Below, piece after piece: positions 54,436 to 64,000 of a stretch of DNA of 64,000 bases. The first letter of the stretch is position 1. Each line of letters starts with the position of its first letter. The stretch is from a virus (lineage: Duplodnaviria; Caudoviricetes): the IMG/VR virus record IMGVR_UViG_2890725172_000001, positions 32,001 to 96,000 of that record; one strand, 5' to 3'. Position numbers and translations under genes: made by a program. The notes beneath the pieces are model-generated. The model was not told the DNA's origin and did no database searches. It was given only the letters and a program-made list of their open reading frames with translations.

Positions 54436-55901
54436 CAGGTCACTCCGCCGACCGTCTCGATCGTCGCCGTCCCCATCACCGGGATCTCCCAGGGCTGGAG
54501 AACGATGTCGGCCACACCGGTCTGCGGGGAGTCGGCGCGGGCCATCACCGGGATCGTCACGTTGACCACGCCGGGGATCGCGGCCAGCGCGCCGTACACC
54601 TCGCCCACCGAGATCCGGGACCCGAAGGCGTTGTCCGCACTGGCGACGATCGTGTTGAGCTGGGTGCGAACCAACGTCTCCACGACGCTGCGCCGGTAGG
54701 TCGGCGCGACGGTCAGCCGCATCGGCGTGGACACCGACCCGAAGTTGACGCTGATGATCGTCGGCCCGGACACCGTCACCCGGGTCCCGGCGGCCGAGGC
54801 CGAGGCCAGCTGGTCGATGACCGACACCACCAGCTCATCAGCCGGGACGGTTCGGCCGGGACCGGCGATGTAGACGATCACCGAGCTGGCCACCGACGAG
54901 ATGGCGTTCGCCGCGACGACACCGGGAACGGTCAACGCGATCTTGGCGAAGTCCGCCGTGGTGACCGCACGCCCGTACGCGCTGTAGGCCAGCGCCGCGT
55001 TACGCCGGATCTCCTCGATACTCTCCCTGTCGGCGCCGCCGTCCAACGCGGTCACCATCGGCTTGCCCGCCGAGTCGACCTGAATGGTCACGCCACTGAC
55101 GGGCGAGGAGATGACCGGCAGCGAACCGGCCGGAAGATTACCCGCGCCGCCCAGGCCGACGCGATAGGTCGCATAGATCTTGGCACCCAGCGGCGGGACG
55201 GCGCCGGTGACGCCGTCACCAAAACTGATGATCGTCGCGCCGGAGGCGTCCGGACGGGAGGTGAAGACCAGGTCGCTTCCGGAGGCGTAGGTCAGCCGGG
55301 GAATCCACAGCCACTCCAGGTCGGCGTGTTCGTCCTGCACGTAGATGCGGACCGACCCATGGAGGATGCGCTGCTGGGGGATGACGATGCGCTGCGCCTG
55401 CTGGCCGGTGCTCATGCCGATTTCGGCCTTGACCACGGTCCGGCCCTCGACGATGTCGACGTCCAGCTCCGCGCCGTCAGCGGGGACGGTCACCGTCTCG
55501 ACCGTCTCGTAGTAGATCGGCTGGTCAATGGCGTCGATGTAGTCGGACACGAACACGGTCCCGGCCGGAATCTCGACCTCGGGACCGCCAGGATCGGACA
55601 CCAGCGTGATCTGTCCTTGCGCTGGCACCGGGCCGTGCGGGATGTAGCCCAACATCTCGGCGAGCAACAACACATTGGTCAATGTCGAGGCGGTCGGCAG
55701 GAACGATTCCCGCAGCAACCGGTCGATTCCATAGTTGTTGAGGTCGGCCGTGTGGGCGAACAGCTCGGCCATGACGACGCCGAAATCGGCCTCTGACCGG
55801 GAGGTCCATTCCGGAATCAGCCGTTCAGCACGCCGGAGGACGTCCGCCCGGATATCGGCGTAGTCGGCCGCCGTATAGTCGACCGGAATAAGATCAGCCA
55901 C
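54435..55901 (-). CDS. baseplate J-like wedge protein
   Basis: DYT..DY..IR...IPEWT, FGDG..G..P, GG.D.ESIEEIR, RAVT..DF. Confidence 0.9.
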   Translation of the reverse strand: MADLIPVDYTAADYADIRADVLRRAERLIPEWTSRSEADFGVVMAELFAHTADLNNYGIDRLLRESFLPTASTLTNVLLLAEMLGYIPHGPVPAQGQITLVSDPGGPEVEIPAGTVFVSDYIDAIDQPIYYETVETVTVPADGAELDVDIVEGRTVVKAEIGMSTGQQAQRIVIPQQRILHGSVRIYVQDEHADLEWLWIPRLTYASGSDLVFTSRPDASGATIISFGDGVTGAVPPLGAKIYATYRVGLGGAGNLPAGSLPVISSPVSGVTIQVDSAGKPMVTALDGGADRESIEEIRRNAALAYSAYGRAVTTADFAKIALTVPGVVAANAISSVASSVIVYIAGPGRTVPADELVVSVIDQLASASAAGTRVTVSGPTIISVNFGSVSTPMRLTVAPTYRRSVVETLVRTQLNTIVASADNAFGSRISVGEVYGALAAIPGVVNVTIPVMARADSPQTGVADIVLQPWEIPVMGTATIETVGGVT

Positions 55902-56319
55902 GAATTACCTCGCGCTCGATACCACGCGGGCCGAACGAGGCGACATGCACATAACGCGCACGTGACGTCGGGGCGGACGGGTCGTCCGTACGCTCATACT
56001 TGACGTCGACGATCGCCGTCTTACCGGTGTCGTCATGTTCGGGAACAACCGCGATCACATTCAATCCGGGTTCCCACATCGCCGTCTGCTCCTCGGTCAG
56101 GCCACGAAGCTCAACGGCGACTAAGGTCGCATCCGGTTCGAAAACATACGACGCGGCGGGGACGCCGAATTGCGGCAGCATCACACGCTCGGTCGGCTCC
56201 GTGCCGACAATGCTGGTCAGACGCTGAATGATCTGACGATGCACCTGACGTGTCGCGGCGACGCCCCCGTCCGCGCCGAATCGGAAAGGCAGATCGATCG
56301 CGATGGGAGTGGCCGTCAC
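55894..56319 (-). CDS. gp25/GPW baseplate wedge protein
   Basis: LPFRF, T.P.ERVM.P.FG, WEP. Confidence 0.85.
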   Translation of the reverse strand: MTATPIAIDLPFRFGADGGVAATRQVHRQIIQRLTSIVGTEPTERVMLPQFGVPAASYVFEPDATLVAVELRGLTEEQTAMWEPGLNVIAVVPEHDDTGKTAIVDVKYERTDDPSAPTSRARYVHVASFGPRGIEREVIRG

Positions 56320-56594
56320 AGTTCCCGCGCCTTCTTGCCCCGGGCCAGCTCATCGGCAATGGCTTGCCCAAAGGCGGCGGGGTCGACGTTCCCAAAATGA
56401 ATCGTCGCCGCATTCTCGGGAGGACTGGCTAGAATCAGCTCATTCTCCAGCTCGCGGATACGTTCATGGGCAGCACGAAGTCGCGCTTCCGAGATAACCA
56501 GCTGATCTTGCGCAGCCGTTCGGAAGTCACGATTGGCTTCCACCAGCCTCCGCAAATGCTGGATTTCCTCAAGTGTCACGAAACACCAAGCCAA
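56316..56594 (-). CDS. small coiled-coil hypothetical protein
   Basis: GTGA overlap with gp25; start uncertain. Confidence 0.45.
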   Translation of the reverse strand: MAWCFVTLEEIQHLRRLVEANRDFRTAAQDQLVISEARLRAAHERIRELENELILASPPENAATIHFGNVDPAAFGQAIADELARGKKAREL

Positions 56595-56637
56595 ATTGCC
56601 GACAATAATTAATTCAAGTGTATTGTCGGGCGCCTAG

Positions 56638-57357
56638 TTATTCTGTGTTCGTGCTCTTCGGCCCGTAAAGTCTATTCTCCAGCAGCTCAACGCGGATCGA
56701 GAGGTCGTGAACGGCCTCCCACAGAACGCTGACAAGGGCTTGAGGATCCAGATTGTCGCCCGATCGGAATTCCTCGGGAAGCTGTTCGAGCAGTGGTCCC
56801 ATATGGTCCCGCTGATCAGCGGAATACTCGGGAACGTATTTCCAGACCTTCACCGGCGCGTTCTTGATGACTTGGAACGGATCGAAGTCGTGATCGCGGA
56901 TATCGTGCTTCAGACTCACCGAAGAGGCGATTTCATGAACGGTCGCCACGCACGGAACATAGCCGGAGGCATCCTTGCCCATGCAATGGACCTTGCCGCC
57001 GGACATGACCACGCTGCTGGTGTTTCCGCTCATGTACGCTGTGTCGTTCTCGGCCCGGACGGTCACCGGCCCGACCGGATGGGTGAGGTCGACGAAATCC
57101 GTGGCGTTGCGCAGGTGGGCGCGCTTTTTGTCCCACGGGACGTGGTAGACCATGTGCCGGGTGTCGCCGTCCAGGCAGCGGACCCAGACGCGGTCCCCGA
57201 CCTTGAAGACCGACACGGCCAGGGAGTCGGGCTCGACCCAGTCGGTGACCTCTTCGCCCATCATCCTCGGGATGCGGATCTTGAGCCGGTCACGCTGCTC
57301 GGGGTCGTTGGTCGACATGACGATGCCCCAGTGGGAGCCTTCGCGTAGTTTCGTCAT
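56638..57357 (-). CDS. gpV-like baseplate spike with C-terminal S74 chaperone domain
   Basis: G.V...NDPE.R.RLKI..P, GD.VWV...GD; SS..LK.DI...W.Y...GP..E. Confidence 0.7.
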   Translation of the reverse strand: MTKLREGSHWGIVMSTNDPEQRDRLKIRIPRMMGEEVTDWVEPDSLAVSVFKVGDRVWVRCLDGDTRHMVYHVPWDKKRAHLRNATDFVDLTHPVGPVTVRAENDTAYMSGNTSSVVMSGGKVHCMGKDASGYVPCVATVHEIASSVSLKHDIRDHDFDPFQVIKNAPVKVWKYVPEYSADQRDHMGPLLEQLPEEFRSGDNLDPQALVSVLWEAVHDLSIRVELLENRLYGPKSTNTE

Positions 57358-58499
57358 AGTGTGATGTCCTGCATCGATGCGGCCTTCCAGCCGTCCGAAC
57401 CGGGGACGCATTTCTGGTTGAGGCGGGGCATGGTGGTGTCGGAGGTGGCGTAGTCCTCGCGGGCGTTGCGGGCGAGCTTGACGTCGGTGAGGAACATGGA
57501 GTTGCCCACGGCGGCCGAGCCGTAGGAACGCAGCCGGTGGTCGGCCGCGACGATCATCCAGACTCCGTGCGCGTCCTTGGGGACGGCGCGGCCCTTGATC
57601 TTGATGGGCTGGCCGGGGGTCAGGATGATGTCACCGGCGAGCGTGGCGCTGGCCCCGACCCATTCCGAGGTCGAGATGGTGTGCGCGTCGAGCTGGTAGT
57701 TGAGGTCTTCCATGTTGTCGGCGCGGGTGTAGCCCAGCACGTCGTGCCGGGCCTTACTGTCGTCGGCGTTCTTGCTCTTGATCATCTTTCCGGTCTGGTG
57801 GTCGACGCCGTGGATCGCCCGCCGGTACTGCCGTCCCTGCTGGGGCATGTCGGCGCCGACGTCGGCCTGGAACCGCAGCACGTCAGTGGGCAGGTTCGGG
57901 TCCTTGTGCACGTCGTATTCCGGCATCACGATGCCCTTACCGGCGCTCCACGCGGCGACGTCGACGAAATAGAGGACGGCGTTTTCGACCCAGAACTTCC
58001 GGCCGGACTCCTTGGCGCGGCGGGTGAGGAACGCCATGTCGCTCTCGCCGTCCTGGAGCAGCCACTCGTGGACCTTGGACGTCTTGTGCACCACGCTGGA
58101 CAGGCCGTACTGCTTGGCGATCTCGCGGGCGATGGCTGAGTCGGACATCTTGAGCCACGTCTTGCGCCGCTGGTCGGTCAGCAGGTGCCCGGTCCCCACC
58201 ATCAGGTAGTTGATTTCCACGTTGCCGTTACGGTCCGGCGCGCTGGAATCGAATTGCGGGTGGTGGATATAGCCGAACCAGGTCTCATTGCCGGTCGGCT
58301 TGGTTCCCCAGTTCACCTGAATTAAGGAATCCTCTTTGAGGATCTTGGGGTTCTTCACCTGATGGTAGGCATGGTGGACGCGCGCCGACATGATGGTGTT
58401 CTCACCGAGGCGCTGCTGTACCCGCAGATCCATCGGCCCGGGATTGATGATCCTGCCCTGCGCGTCCCGCAGCTCGAAAAATACCCTACGCCAATACAT
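57354..58499 (-). CDS. baseplate hub (gpD/VgrG-like)
   Basis: SDS.IA..IA..YGL, Q.GESD..FL.R.A, G.W.I....H. Confidence 0.85.
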   Translation of the reverse strand: MYWRRVFFELRDAQGRIINPGPMDLRVQQRLGENTIMSARVHHAYHQVKNPKILKEDSLIQVNWGTKPTGNETWFGYIHHPQFDSSAPDRNGNVEINYLMVGTGHLLTDQRRKTWLKMSDSAIAREIAKQYGLSSVVHKTSKVHEWLLQDGESDMAFLTRRAKESGRKFWVENAVLYFVDVAAWSAGKGIVMPEYDVHKDPNLPTDVLRFQADVGADMPQQGRQYRRAIHGVDHQTGKMIKSKNADDSKARHDVLGYTRADNMEDLNYQLDAHTISTSEWVGASATLAGDIILTPGQPIKIKGRAVPKDAHGVWMIVAADHRLRSYGSAAVGNSMFLTDVKLARNAREDYATSDTTMPRLNQKCVPGSDGWKAASMQDITL

Positions 58500-58755
58500 A
58501 TGGCAGCCGGATGACTTGGCCCGGACGGATGTCGAACGGGTCGAGGATTTCGGGATTGGCGTCGAGGATCATCCACCAAAGGGTGACGTCCTTCAGGTAC
58601 TCCGACGCCAGCGTGTCCCACCGGTCCTTCTCCGACATCTGGTGGAACGTGAACCGGATGACGCCTTCCGGCGGGGTGCGCAGATCCCGGCCGTACAGGA
58701 TTCCCGGCCGGAAGGACGTCTTGACCGGCTGCATGTTCTCGTAACGCGATGCCAT
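58486..58755 (-). CDS. LysM/gpX-like tail protein
   Basis: SRY...DR.D.LA..YL.D..LWW.I.DANP...DP. Confidence 0.8.
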   Translation of the reverse strand: MASRYENMQPVKTSFRPGILYGRDLRTPPEGVIRFTFHQMSEKDRWDTLASEYLKDVTLWWMILDANPEILDPFDIRPGQVIRLPYVLA

Positions 58756-58757
58756 GG

Positions 58758-59435
58758 TCAGTCCCTCCGGGTCCGGAGAATGAAGAGGTCGTCGAGAATT
58801 CCGCCCGGATTACTCTGAACTCCCGGCTGGAGAACACCGCCGCCACCGGTGTCCACACCTGCGCCATTGAAAACCGTTTTCGGCATGAGCTTGATGCCGA
58901 CGTCCAGCTGGGCGCGAATCGGAACCTGGGCGTAATTGAAAATGGTGTAGTTCATCGACAGGGACTCGATGACGCCGAAGAACTTCAAAGGGCTCGTCGT
59001 GGCCAGCACGATGTCCACCGGCGCGAAAAGCATGATGCCCGTCGTCGACCCGGACAGGGTTCCGCCGGAAACCGTCTCGTACAATCCGACGACGGCTTTG
59101 GCCACTTCCATGTCAATCTCGACACCCTTGGGAATGGATCCCTCGTACACCTCATAGGTGCGGTCGAACAGCAGACTCAGGTTCAGATGCTGATTCGGGA
59201 GAACACGCATCCGTCCCTGGTCCCGCTGGTCCCACGCGTTCATGATGTTGAACGACAGATTGGTTTCCAGCCCATAGGAAGTCGACAGACCACCCGGGTT
59301 GAACAGAAAGTTGAGCTTGTACTTGCCGTCCTCGTTGCGGATATATCCGCGCCGAACGGTGATGCTGCGCCCATCGGGACCGATCGTGGCGGCCAACTTG
59401 GGGTGAATGGGGGGATTGGTTGACGGTGGCGCCAT
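58758..59435 (-). CDS. tail tube initiator-like protein
   Basis: FLFNP..L, L.FDR, F.G.I.SL...YT.F....P.RA. Confidence 0.7.
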   Translation of the reverse strand: MAPPSTNPPIHPKLAATIGPDGRSITVRRGYIRNEDGKYKLNFLFNPGGLSTSYGLETNLSFNIMNAWDQRDQGRMRVLPNQHLNLSLLFDRTYEVYEGSIPKGVEIDMEVAKAVVGLYETVSGGTLSGSTTGIMLFAPVDIVLATTSPLKFFGVIESLSMNYTIFNYAQVPIRAQLDVGIKLMPKTVFNGAGVDTGGGGVLQPGVQSNPGGILDDLFILRTRRD

Positions 59436-62400
59436 TACACGCCAGCCTGAATCTTGCGGTGCACGGTAATCCTGTCGAGCTCTTCGAAGAAACGCGCGGC
59501 CAGCGCCTTCCCGGCCTGTTCGTCAACGCCGGGGCCTAGCTGGATCTGCACGCTGCCGGGGCCGAAAACGATGCCGCCACCGCCGGTGGCGGCCGAGGTC
59601 GGGACGTTCTCCCGCAGCAGCGCGTCGCGGATGGTTTCGGCCTGCTTGGCGGGCACGACCATCTCGCCCTTATGGACGACCGCCGGTTGATCAGCGGGGA
59701 CGTCCCAGGCGCCCTTGTCGTACCAGCCAACCTGCTGGCTGTGGCCCCAGGCCTTGACCGGGTTGCCGTAGCGGTCGCCGATGTAACCCAGGCCCCATTT
59801 GATCTGGGTGGCCGGGTTGGTCCGCCAGTCGGATCCGGCGCTGGCCATCTTGTCGGCGGGCAGCGACTGCGGGATGCCGTAAGCGCCCGACGACTTGTTC
59901 TTGGCCAGGTGGTTCCAGTTGGACTCGCGCTCCCACAGCTTGTCCAGAGCGGTCCATTCGCCGTCGTCCCAGCCCCGGGCGGCGGCCATCCGCTTGCCCA
60001 GGGCCCGGTTCGCCGACCTGCTGGTGTTCTTCGGCTGGGGGTTCCTGCCCTTGGTCTTCTTGCTCTTGTTGTTCTTGTTGGCCGATGCGACCCATCCGGC
60101 GCCGCCGGTGTCCGGTGCGCTGACGGACTTGTCGCCCTCGATCGCGACACCGCGCACGGCAGGCCCGTCGTCCCGGGAGGATCCTTCACCCGAGCCGGAT
60201 GAGGCGATGTCATCGCCGAGCAGCCCGATGAGGACGTCCAGCTCACTGGACCAGCCGCCCATGCTTCCGGCCAGACCTTGCAGACCTCCCGCTGTGCCGG
60301 GACCGCCGGAGCTTCCGCTGCCATCGGCCGTACCAGCCGCAGAGGAATCGGCCGAACCGGTCGAGCCGGTCGACACGCCCCGGGGCCCGGCAGAGGAGTT
60401 GTCCCACACGTCATCACCGAGAGACGTCTCACCGCCGCCGCCACCGAGGAACCGGCGGGCGCGGAACGCCTTGGACGGCATGCCCTTGACGGTCTGGATA
60501 CGCGAGCCGGTGCGCGGGGCGTGAACGTATCCGTCGCCCAGCCACATCACCACGTGAGATCCACCGGAGCTGAAGATGAGGTCGCCCGGCTGAACATTCT
60601 TCAGCGGAACGTCGCGCCCGTTCTTATTCCGCATCTGCGTCCACGTGGTGCGGCTGATGTCAATTCCAGCACCCTGCCAGTACGCATATTGCATAAGTGA
60701 CGAGCAGTCAAAGCCGAAAATGTCCTTGCCCTGCTCGATTCCGTAGCTGGGGCCCTTCTTGCCTCCGCCACCCCACGAATAAGGGAGACCCTTCTGGGAA
60801 AGCGCAGCCGCGATGACAGCACTAGCGCTTCCGCGTGCTGTCTCGGTGTTCTGCTTACCCTTGGCGTCCTTACCCTTGGTGTCTTTCTTACCGCCGGGCT
60901 TCTGGCCGTCCTTCTTCGGCGGGACGATCGGCCCGGTCACCTTGGGCACGTTCAGAGGGGAAACCGACGACGGGGAGGCCGGGGTACCTCCCTGAGTTGT
61001 AGAATGCTGCTGCGACATCCCACCGACAGGGTCGCTGCCCGGTCCCGCCTGGAACCTGTTGAACGAATTCAACGCCTCGGTGCCGAACGTCTTCGGACGC
61101 TTGGCGATGTCCACGGGATCACCGAGCCACCAGCCGAGAATCGATTTACCGGGATTGGACCAGAACTTGTCCCAGGCGCCGGACACCTCTCCCAGATCGC
61201 GGACGGGCCACCGGTCGATCAACTCCTTCCAGTGCTTGTTGCCGTCCGTCAGGAGTTCGTTCTGCTCCTTGAGCAGGCGAACGTATTCGGCCTGCAATTC
61301 CTTGTCCCAGCCACGTTCCTGGGCCGAGAGTTCCTTCTCGAAAGAAAGGTTGCTGTACTTGATGCCCATTCCGTCGAGGCGCTTTTTCGCCTCTTCGTGC
61401 ATCGGCTTGGACGGGTCACCGGCGGCTTGCAGCCAGTATTCGGCCGTCAGGCCCTCGAAGCCCTGCTGCTGCATCTGGACGTAGGCGCGCATCGTCTCGG
61501 TGAGCGCTGCCTGTCCCTTGGCAGACAGATTGAACTGGCTCAGGTTGACGAAGCCGGATTGGCCGCGCGCCATCGACGCCTGGAAATCCTCCGGCGTGAT
61601 GCTGCTCGCCTTGTCGCCATAGGTGTGCTTCAGGAACCTCTTGGTGAATTCACCCGTGCCGATGAACGACCCGTCCTCATTGAACAGGTCGCCCATGCCC
61701 AGGCCGATGGCCGTCTGCTGGTTGACCGGCGCGGTGAGGTAGCTGATCGTCTCGGCCGAGTCTTCTGCGGTCATCCATGGGTTGGCCGTGGCCAGCGCAC
61801 GCCAGGACCGGTCGAAGCTCTTGTCGCGAGGGTTGTCCAGGACGATGCCGCCGGAGACCTGAATACGTGCCATCTCGGCAGCCAGGGCATCTTGCGTTGA
61901 AAAGGCGCTCGCCGAGCGAGGGGCGCCGGGGTTGCCGAACGTCTGGTCGAGGAAGGCCTTGTTGCCCACCGCCGGATCACTGGTCCCCAGTCCGGCGCTA
62001 TTGGCGGCGATCTCCATCAGATGCTGATTGACGCGCTGCTCGTTGCCGTATTGCGCCAAGACCTTGCCACCGGCCAGCATCCAGCTCGTGCCGGTCAGGG
62101 CCCGTGTCGACATGGCGCTGCTGGAAAATCCCGGAGACGACGGCGCTGACCCCGACGAGGCCGGAGGCATGCCGCCGTTACCACGGCCCCCGTATTGAGC
62201 ACTTGGAGATGGCGGGGGAGTGGTGCCGGATCCTCCGGACGGTGGTGGTGGTGTGGACCCGCCGCTGGGGGTGCTACCGCCGGACGTGTTGTGGCCACCG
62301 TTGCTGCGACCTCCGTACTGTGAGCGGGGATTTACGCGGCTCCACCAGCTACCGCTCTTGCTTTTGCCCGAACCGCCAGCTGTCGTGCCTGGGAACGCGT

Positions 62401-62743
62401 GGTCCGTCCACGGGTCGTCCTCCTCAGGCCAAAGGCCCGGAAAGTCCCGATGGCCGCCGTTACCACGCCCCCCGTACTGCCAGGCGGAATGGGTTATGGA
62501 CCCAACACCACCCGAGCGACCAGCCGCGAAGGTGGCCTTGCCGCCCTGAGCGGTGCTCTTGCCGAGCTGACTGGTGAGCGTGGTCAGCGCCTTGGTCAGC
62601 CCTTGCAGGTCCTTGGTGAGCGATCCGGAGATCACCCGGCCGAGGCTGGAGACACCGGAGTGCAGCACCTTCCAGCCGACCGCGCCACCGGCCGAGCCGG
62701 ACATAGAGCCGCCGCCGAGGCTGCCGCTGAGGGCGACGCTCAA
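59435..62743 (-). CDS. tape measure protein with NlpC/P60 and lytic transglycosylase domains
   Basis: G.PYSWGG, FDCSSL, PGDL, HV; ESNW...AYGIPQ.LP..KM..NP.TQI.WG..YI..RYG. Confidence 0.85.
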   Translation of the reverse strand: MSVALSGSLGGGSMSGSAGGAVGWKVLHSGVSSLGRVISGSLTKDLQGLTKALTTLTSQLGKSTAQGGKATFAAGRSGGVGSITHSAWQYGGRGNGGHRDFPGLWPEEDDPWTDHAFPGTTAGGSGKSKSGSWWSRVNPRSQYGGRSNGGHNTSGGSTPSGGSTPPPPSGGSGTTPPPSPSAQYGGRGNGGMPPASSGSAPSSPGFSSSAMSTRALTGTSWMLAGGKVLAQYGNEQRVNQHLMEIAANSAGLGTSDPAVGNKAFLDQTFGNPGAPRSASAFSTQDALAAEMARIQVSGGIVLDNPRDKSFDRSWRALATANPWMTAEDSAETISYLTAPVNQQTAIGLGMGDLFNEDGSFIGTGEFTKRFLKHTYGDKASSITPEDFQASMARGQSGFVNLSQFNLSAKGQAALTETMRAYVQMQQQGFEGLTAEYWLQAAGDPSKPMHEEAKKRLDGMGIKYSNLSFEKELSAQERGWDKELQAEYVRLLKEQNELLTDGNKHWKELIDRWPVRDLGEVSGAWDKFWSNPGKSILGWWLGDPVDIAKRPKTFGTEALNSFNRFQAGPGSDPVGGMSQQHSTTQGGTPASPSSVSPLNVPKVTGPIVPPKKDGQKPGGKKDTKGKDAKGKQNTETARGSASAVIAAALSQKGLPYSWGGGGKKGPSYGIEQGKDIFGFDCSSLMQYAYWQGAGIDISRTTWTQMRNKNGRDVPLKNVQPGDLIFSSGGSHVVMWLGDGYVHAPRTGSRIQTVKGMPSKAFRARRFLGGGGGETSLGDDVWDNSSAGPRGVSTGSTGSADSSAAGTADGSGSSGGPGTAGGLQGLAGSMGGWSSELDVLIGLLGDDIASSGSGEGSSRDDGPAVRGVAIEGDKSVSAPDTGGAGWVASANKNNKSKKTKGRNPQPKNTSRSANRALGKRMAAARGWDDGEWTALDKLWERESNWNHLAKNKSSGAYGIPQSLPADKMASAGSDWRTNPATQIKWGLGYIGDRYGNPVKAWGHSQQVGWYDKGAWDVPADQPAVVHKGEMVVPAKQAETIRDALLRENVPTSAATGGGGIVFGPGSVQIQLGPGVDEQAGKALAARFFEELDRITVHRKIQAGV

Positions 62744-62904
62744 GAGGTCACCGGCCTTTCCAAACGCAGCCGCCAGGCGGCGGCGTCCAAGTAGAACTGG
62801 CGTTCACGCGGGGTCATCTCCCTCACGTCAGCCAGCCGCCACCCGTCGTAGAAATGGATCAACGTCTCGTAGGTGGCGTGCAAGGAGGGGTAATCAGGAC
62901 TGAA
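62740..62904 (-). CDS. tail assembly chaperone extension (possibly frameshift-expressed)
   Basis: YE.L..FY.GW.L.DV..M...ER motif; no clear RBS. Confidence 0.55.
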   Translation of the reverse strand, partial: FSPDYPSLHATYETLIHFYDGWRLADVREMTPRERQFYLDAAAWRLRLERPVTS

Positions 62905-63736
62905 ACAGGGCGTCCAACGTGACGGTGATCTCCTTGGACTCACCGCAGTCGGGGCAGGTCACCTTCACCTCGTCCAGGCGGGGGCCAGGACGCTGCTTGC
63001 GGATCGCCTTGAGGATGGAGGCACGGTCGGCCATGCTCATCTGCTCGCGGACGGCCTGGCGGTTCCCGACCGTGCTGTGCTCGTTGCCGTTCACGTCGGT
63101 GACCGACATCACCGTCCGCATCAGCAGCTCGGTGTCGATCTCGGCGCCGGTCTTGGCCTTGGTCTGGGAGATGGCGTCCTGGTCGGCGCCGGTCGCCATC
63201 CGCACGGTCGCCGTCCGGCCCTTGCGCAGCGGCACAGTGAGGGTGTTCTTGCCAGGCTCGTCGGAGGTGACCACGGGGATGTCGTCCAGGGACACCGACA
63301 GTTCGAACTCGCCCTGGCACTCCGGACACACCCAGCGCTCGTACTCGATCGTGTCGCCGTAGGTCATCCGGCGGATCTCCAGGACCAAGCAGTCGCGGTC
63401 GCCGATCGTCAGCTGGTTGAGCAGCTTGTCGGTGGCCTCCAAACGGCCGAGCTTGACCACGCCGTGCTCCAGCAGCGCCGCCAGCGCTCGCTCACCCCGG
63501 CCGGAACTGGTGGCCGCCCGCGCGATGGCTTCCTCGGCCAAGCCGGTGAGCTCACGTACCTGCGCCGTGGTGATGACCGCCTCGCCGGGAACCATCAGCC
63601 CGCAAGGCAGGGTGACGACGTCAGCGGGAGGTGCCTGCATGACGGGCTGCTCGATCTGCTCGTCGAGAACCGAGCTGATGGCCGCCATGGTCCGCTGAGC
63701 GCCGAAATCCTCAGCCTCGTAAAAAGTGCCGTGCAT
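62894..63736 (-). CDS. tail assembly chaperone (T4 gp26/gp51-like, Zn-binding)
   Basis: VRELTG..EE, GDRD.L...IR..TYG, CPEC, CPDC. Confidence 0.7.
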   Translation of the reverse strand: MHGTFYEAEDFGAQRTMAAISSVLDEQIEQPVMQAPPADVVTLPCGLMVPGEAVITTAQVRELTGLAEEAIARAATSSGRGERALAALLEHGVVKLGRLEATDKLLNQLTIGDRDCLVLEIRRMTYGDTIEYERWVCPECQGEFELSVSLDDIPVVTSDEPGKNTLTVPLRKGRTATVRMATGADQDAISQTKAKTGAEIDTELLMRTVMSVTDVNGNEHSTVGNRQAVREQMSMADRASILKAIRKQRPGPRLDEVKVTCPDCGESKEITVTLDALFQS

Positions 63737-63751
63737 TGTCTCTAAAAGTCT

Positions 63752-63800
63752 CCGGGTCGATAATCGATACCTATAAGAAAGGTACCGACTATCGACCCGG
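63752..63800. repeat. long inverted repeat between tube and chaperone genes
   Basis: CCGGGTCGATA...TATCGACCCGG with inner GATACCT/AGGTACC. Confidence 0.7.
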
Positions 63801-63815
63801 ATTTATGAAGCCGAA

Positions 63816-64000
63816 TTAGGCGGCCAGCTTCACGCCGCTGTTGTTCAGGTTGTCCGCGAGAGCGAACTGGAACCCTTCGTGGACCACGGTCATCTGCTGC
63901 ACGACAACCGCGTTCGCGCCAGCGTCCAAGTCGGAGAACGCGATGCTCGTAGGCCACGCGTGGTGCAACTTGAAAATCGCCATCGGCACGCCCAGACCAC
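63816..64000 (-). CDS. tail tube protein (T4 gp19-like), 3' part
   Basis: FKLHHAWPTSIAFSDLDAGANAVVVQQMTVVHEGF. Confidence 0.9.
   Translation of the reverse strand, partial: GLGVPMAIFKLHHAWPTSIAFSDLDAGANAVVVQQMTVVHEGFQFALADNLNNSGVKLAA

Overview
A 64-kb segment of a large, GC-rich contractile-tailed (myovirus-type) phage or phage-plasmid genome, probably infecting an actinomycete (WhiB, high GC, actinobacterial-style tRNAs). The layout is as follows. (1) 1-11.6 kb, + strand: small accessory/early genes, including two ArdA-like paralogs, DUF2786-like, RHH and XRE regulators, ending in a tyrosine recombinase preceded by a perfect 34-bp palindrome. (2) 11.7-15.9 kb, - strand: a translationally coupled four-gene operon of nucleotidyltransferase, HAD-like protein, low-complexity protein and TGT/DpdA-like protein. 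(3) 16-18 kb: a + strand accessory block. (4) 18.1-19.3 kb: a 14-member tRNA array, with a 15th tRNA (Pro) at 33.1 kb. (5) 19.3-47 kb, - strand: Tad2-like, endolysin, SpoVS, RuvC, dNMP kinase, ThyX, Cas4-like nuclease, WhiB, a four-gene RNA repair operon, RecA, class II RNR, DNA polymerase A, SSB, SNF2 helicase, primase, DnaB, DnaC and an iteron-containing initiator. (6) 47-64 kb: holin, tail/baseplate genes, tape measure, chaperones and tail tube. The most interesting candidates are three non-tRNA units in the tRNA transcripts that each pair an anti-Shine-Dalgarno-like motif with an NCCA-ended hairpin, a plasmid-like antisense RNA plus iterons at the initiator together with a Cre/lox-like recombinase arrangement, the NTase/pseudo-HAD/TGT-like operon, and the two-ligase RNA repair operon. 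All protein calls come from motif recognition by eye, and no database searches were run.
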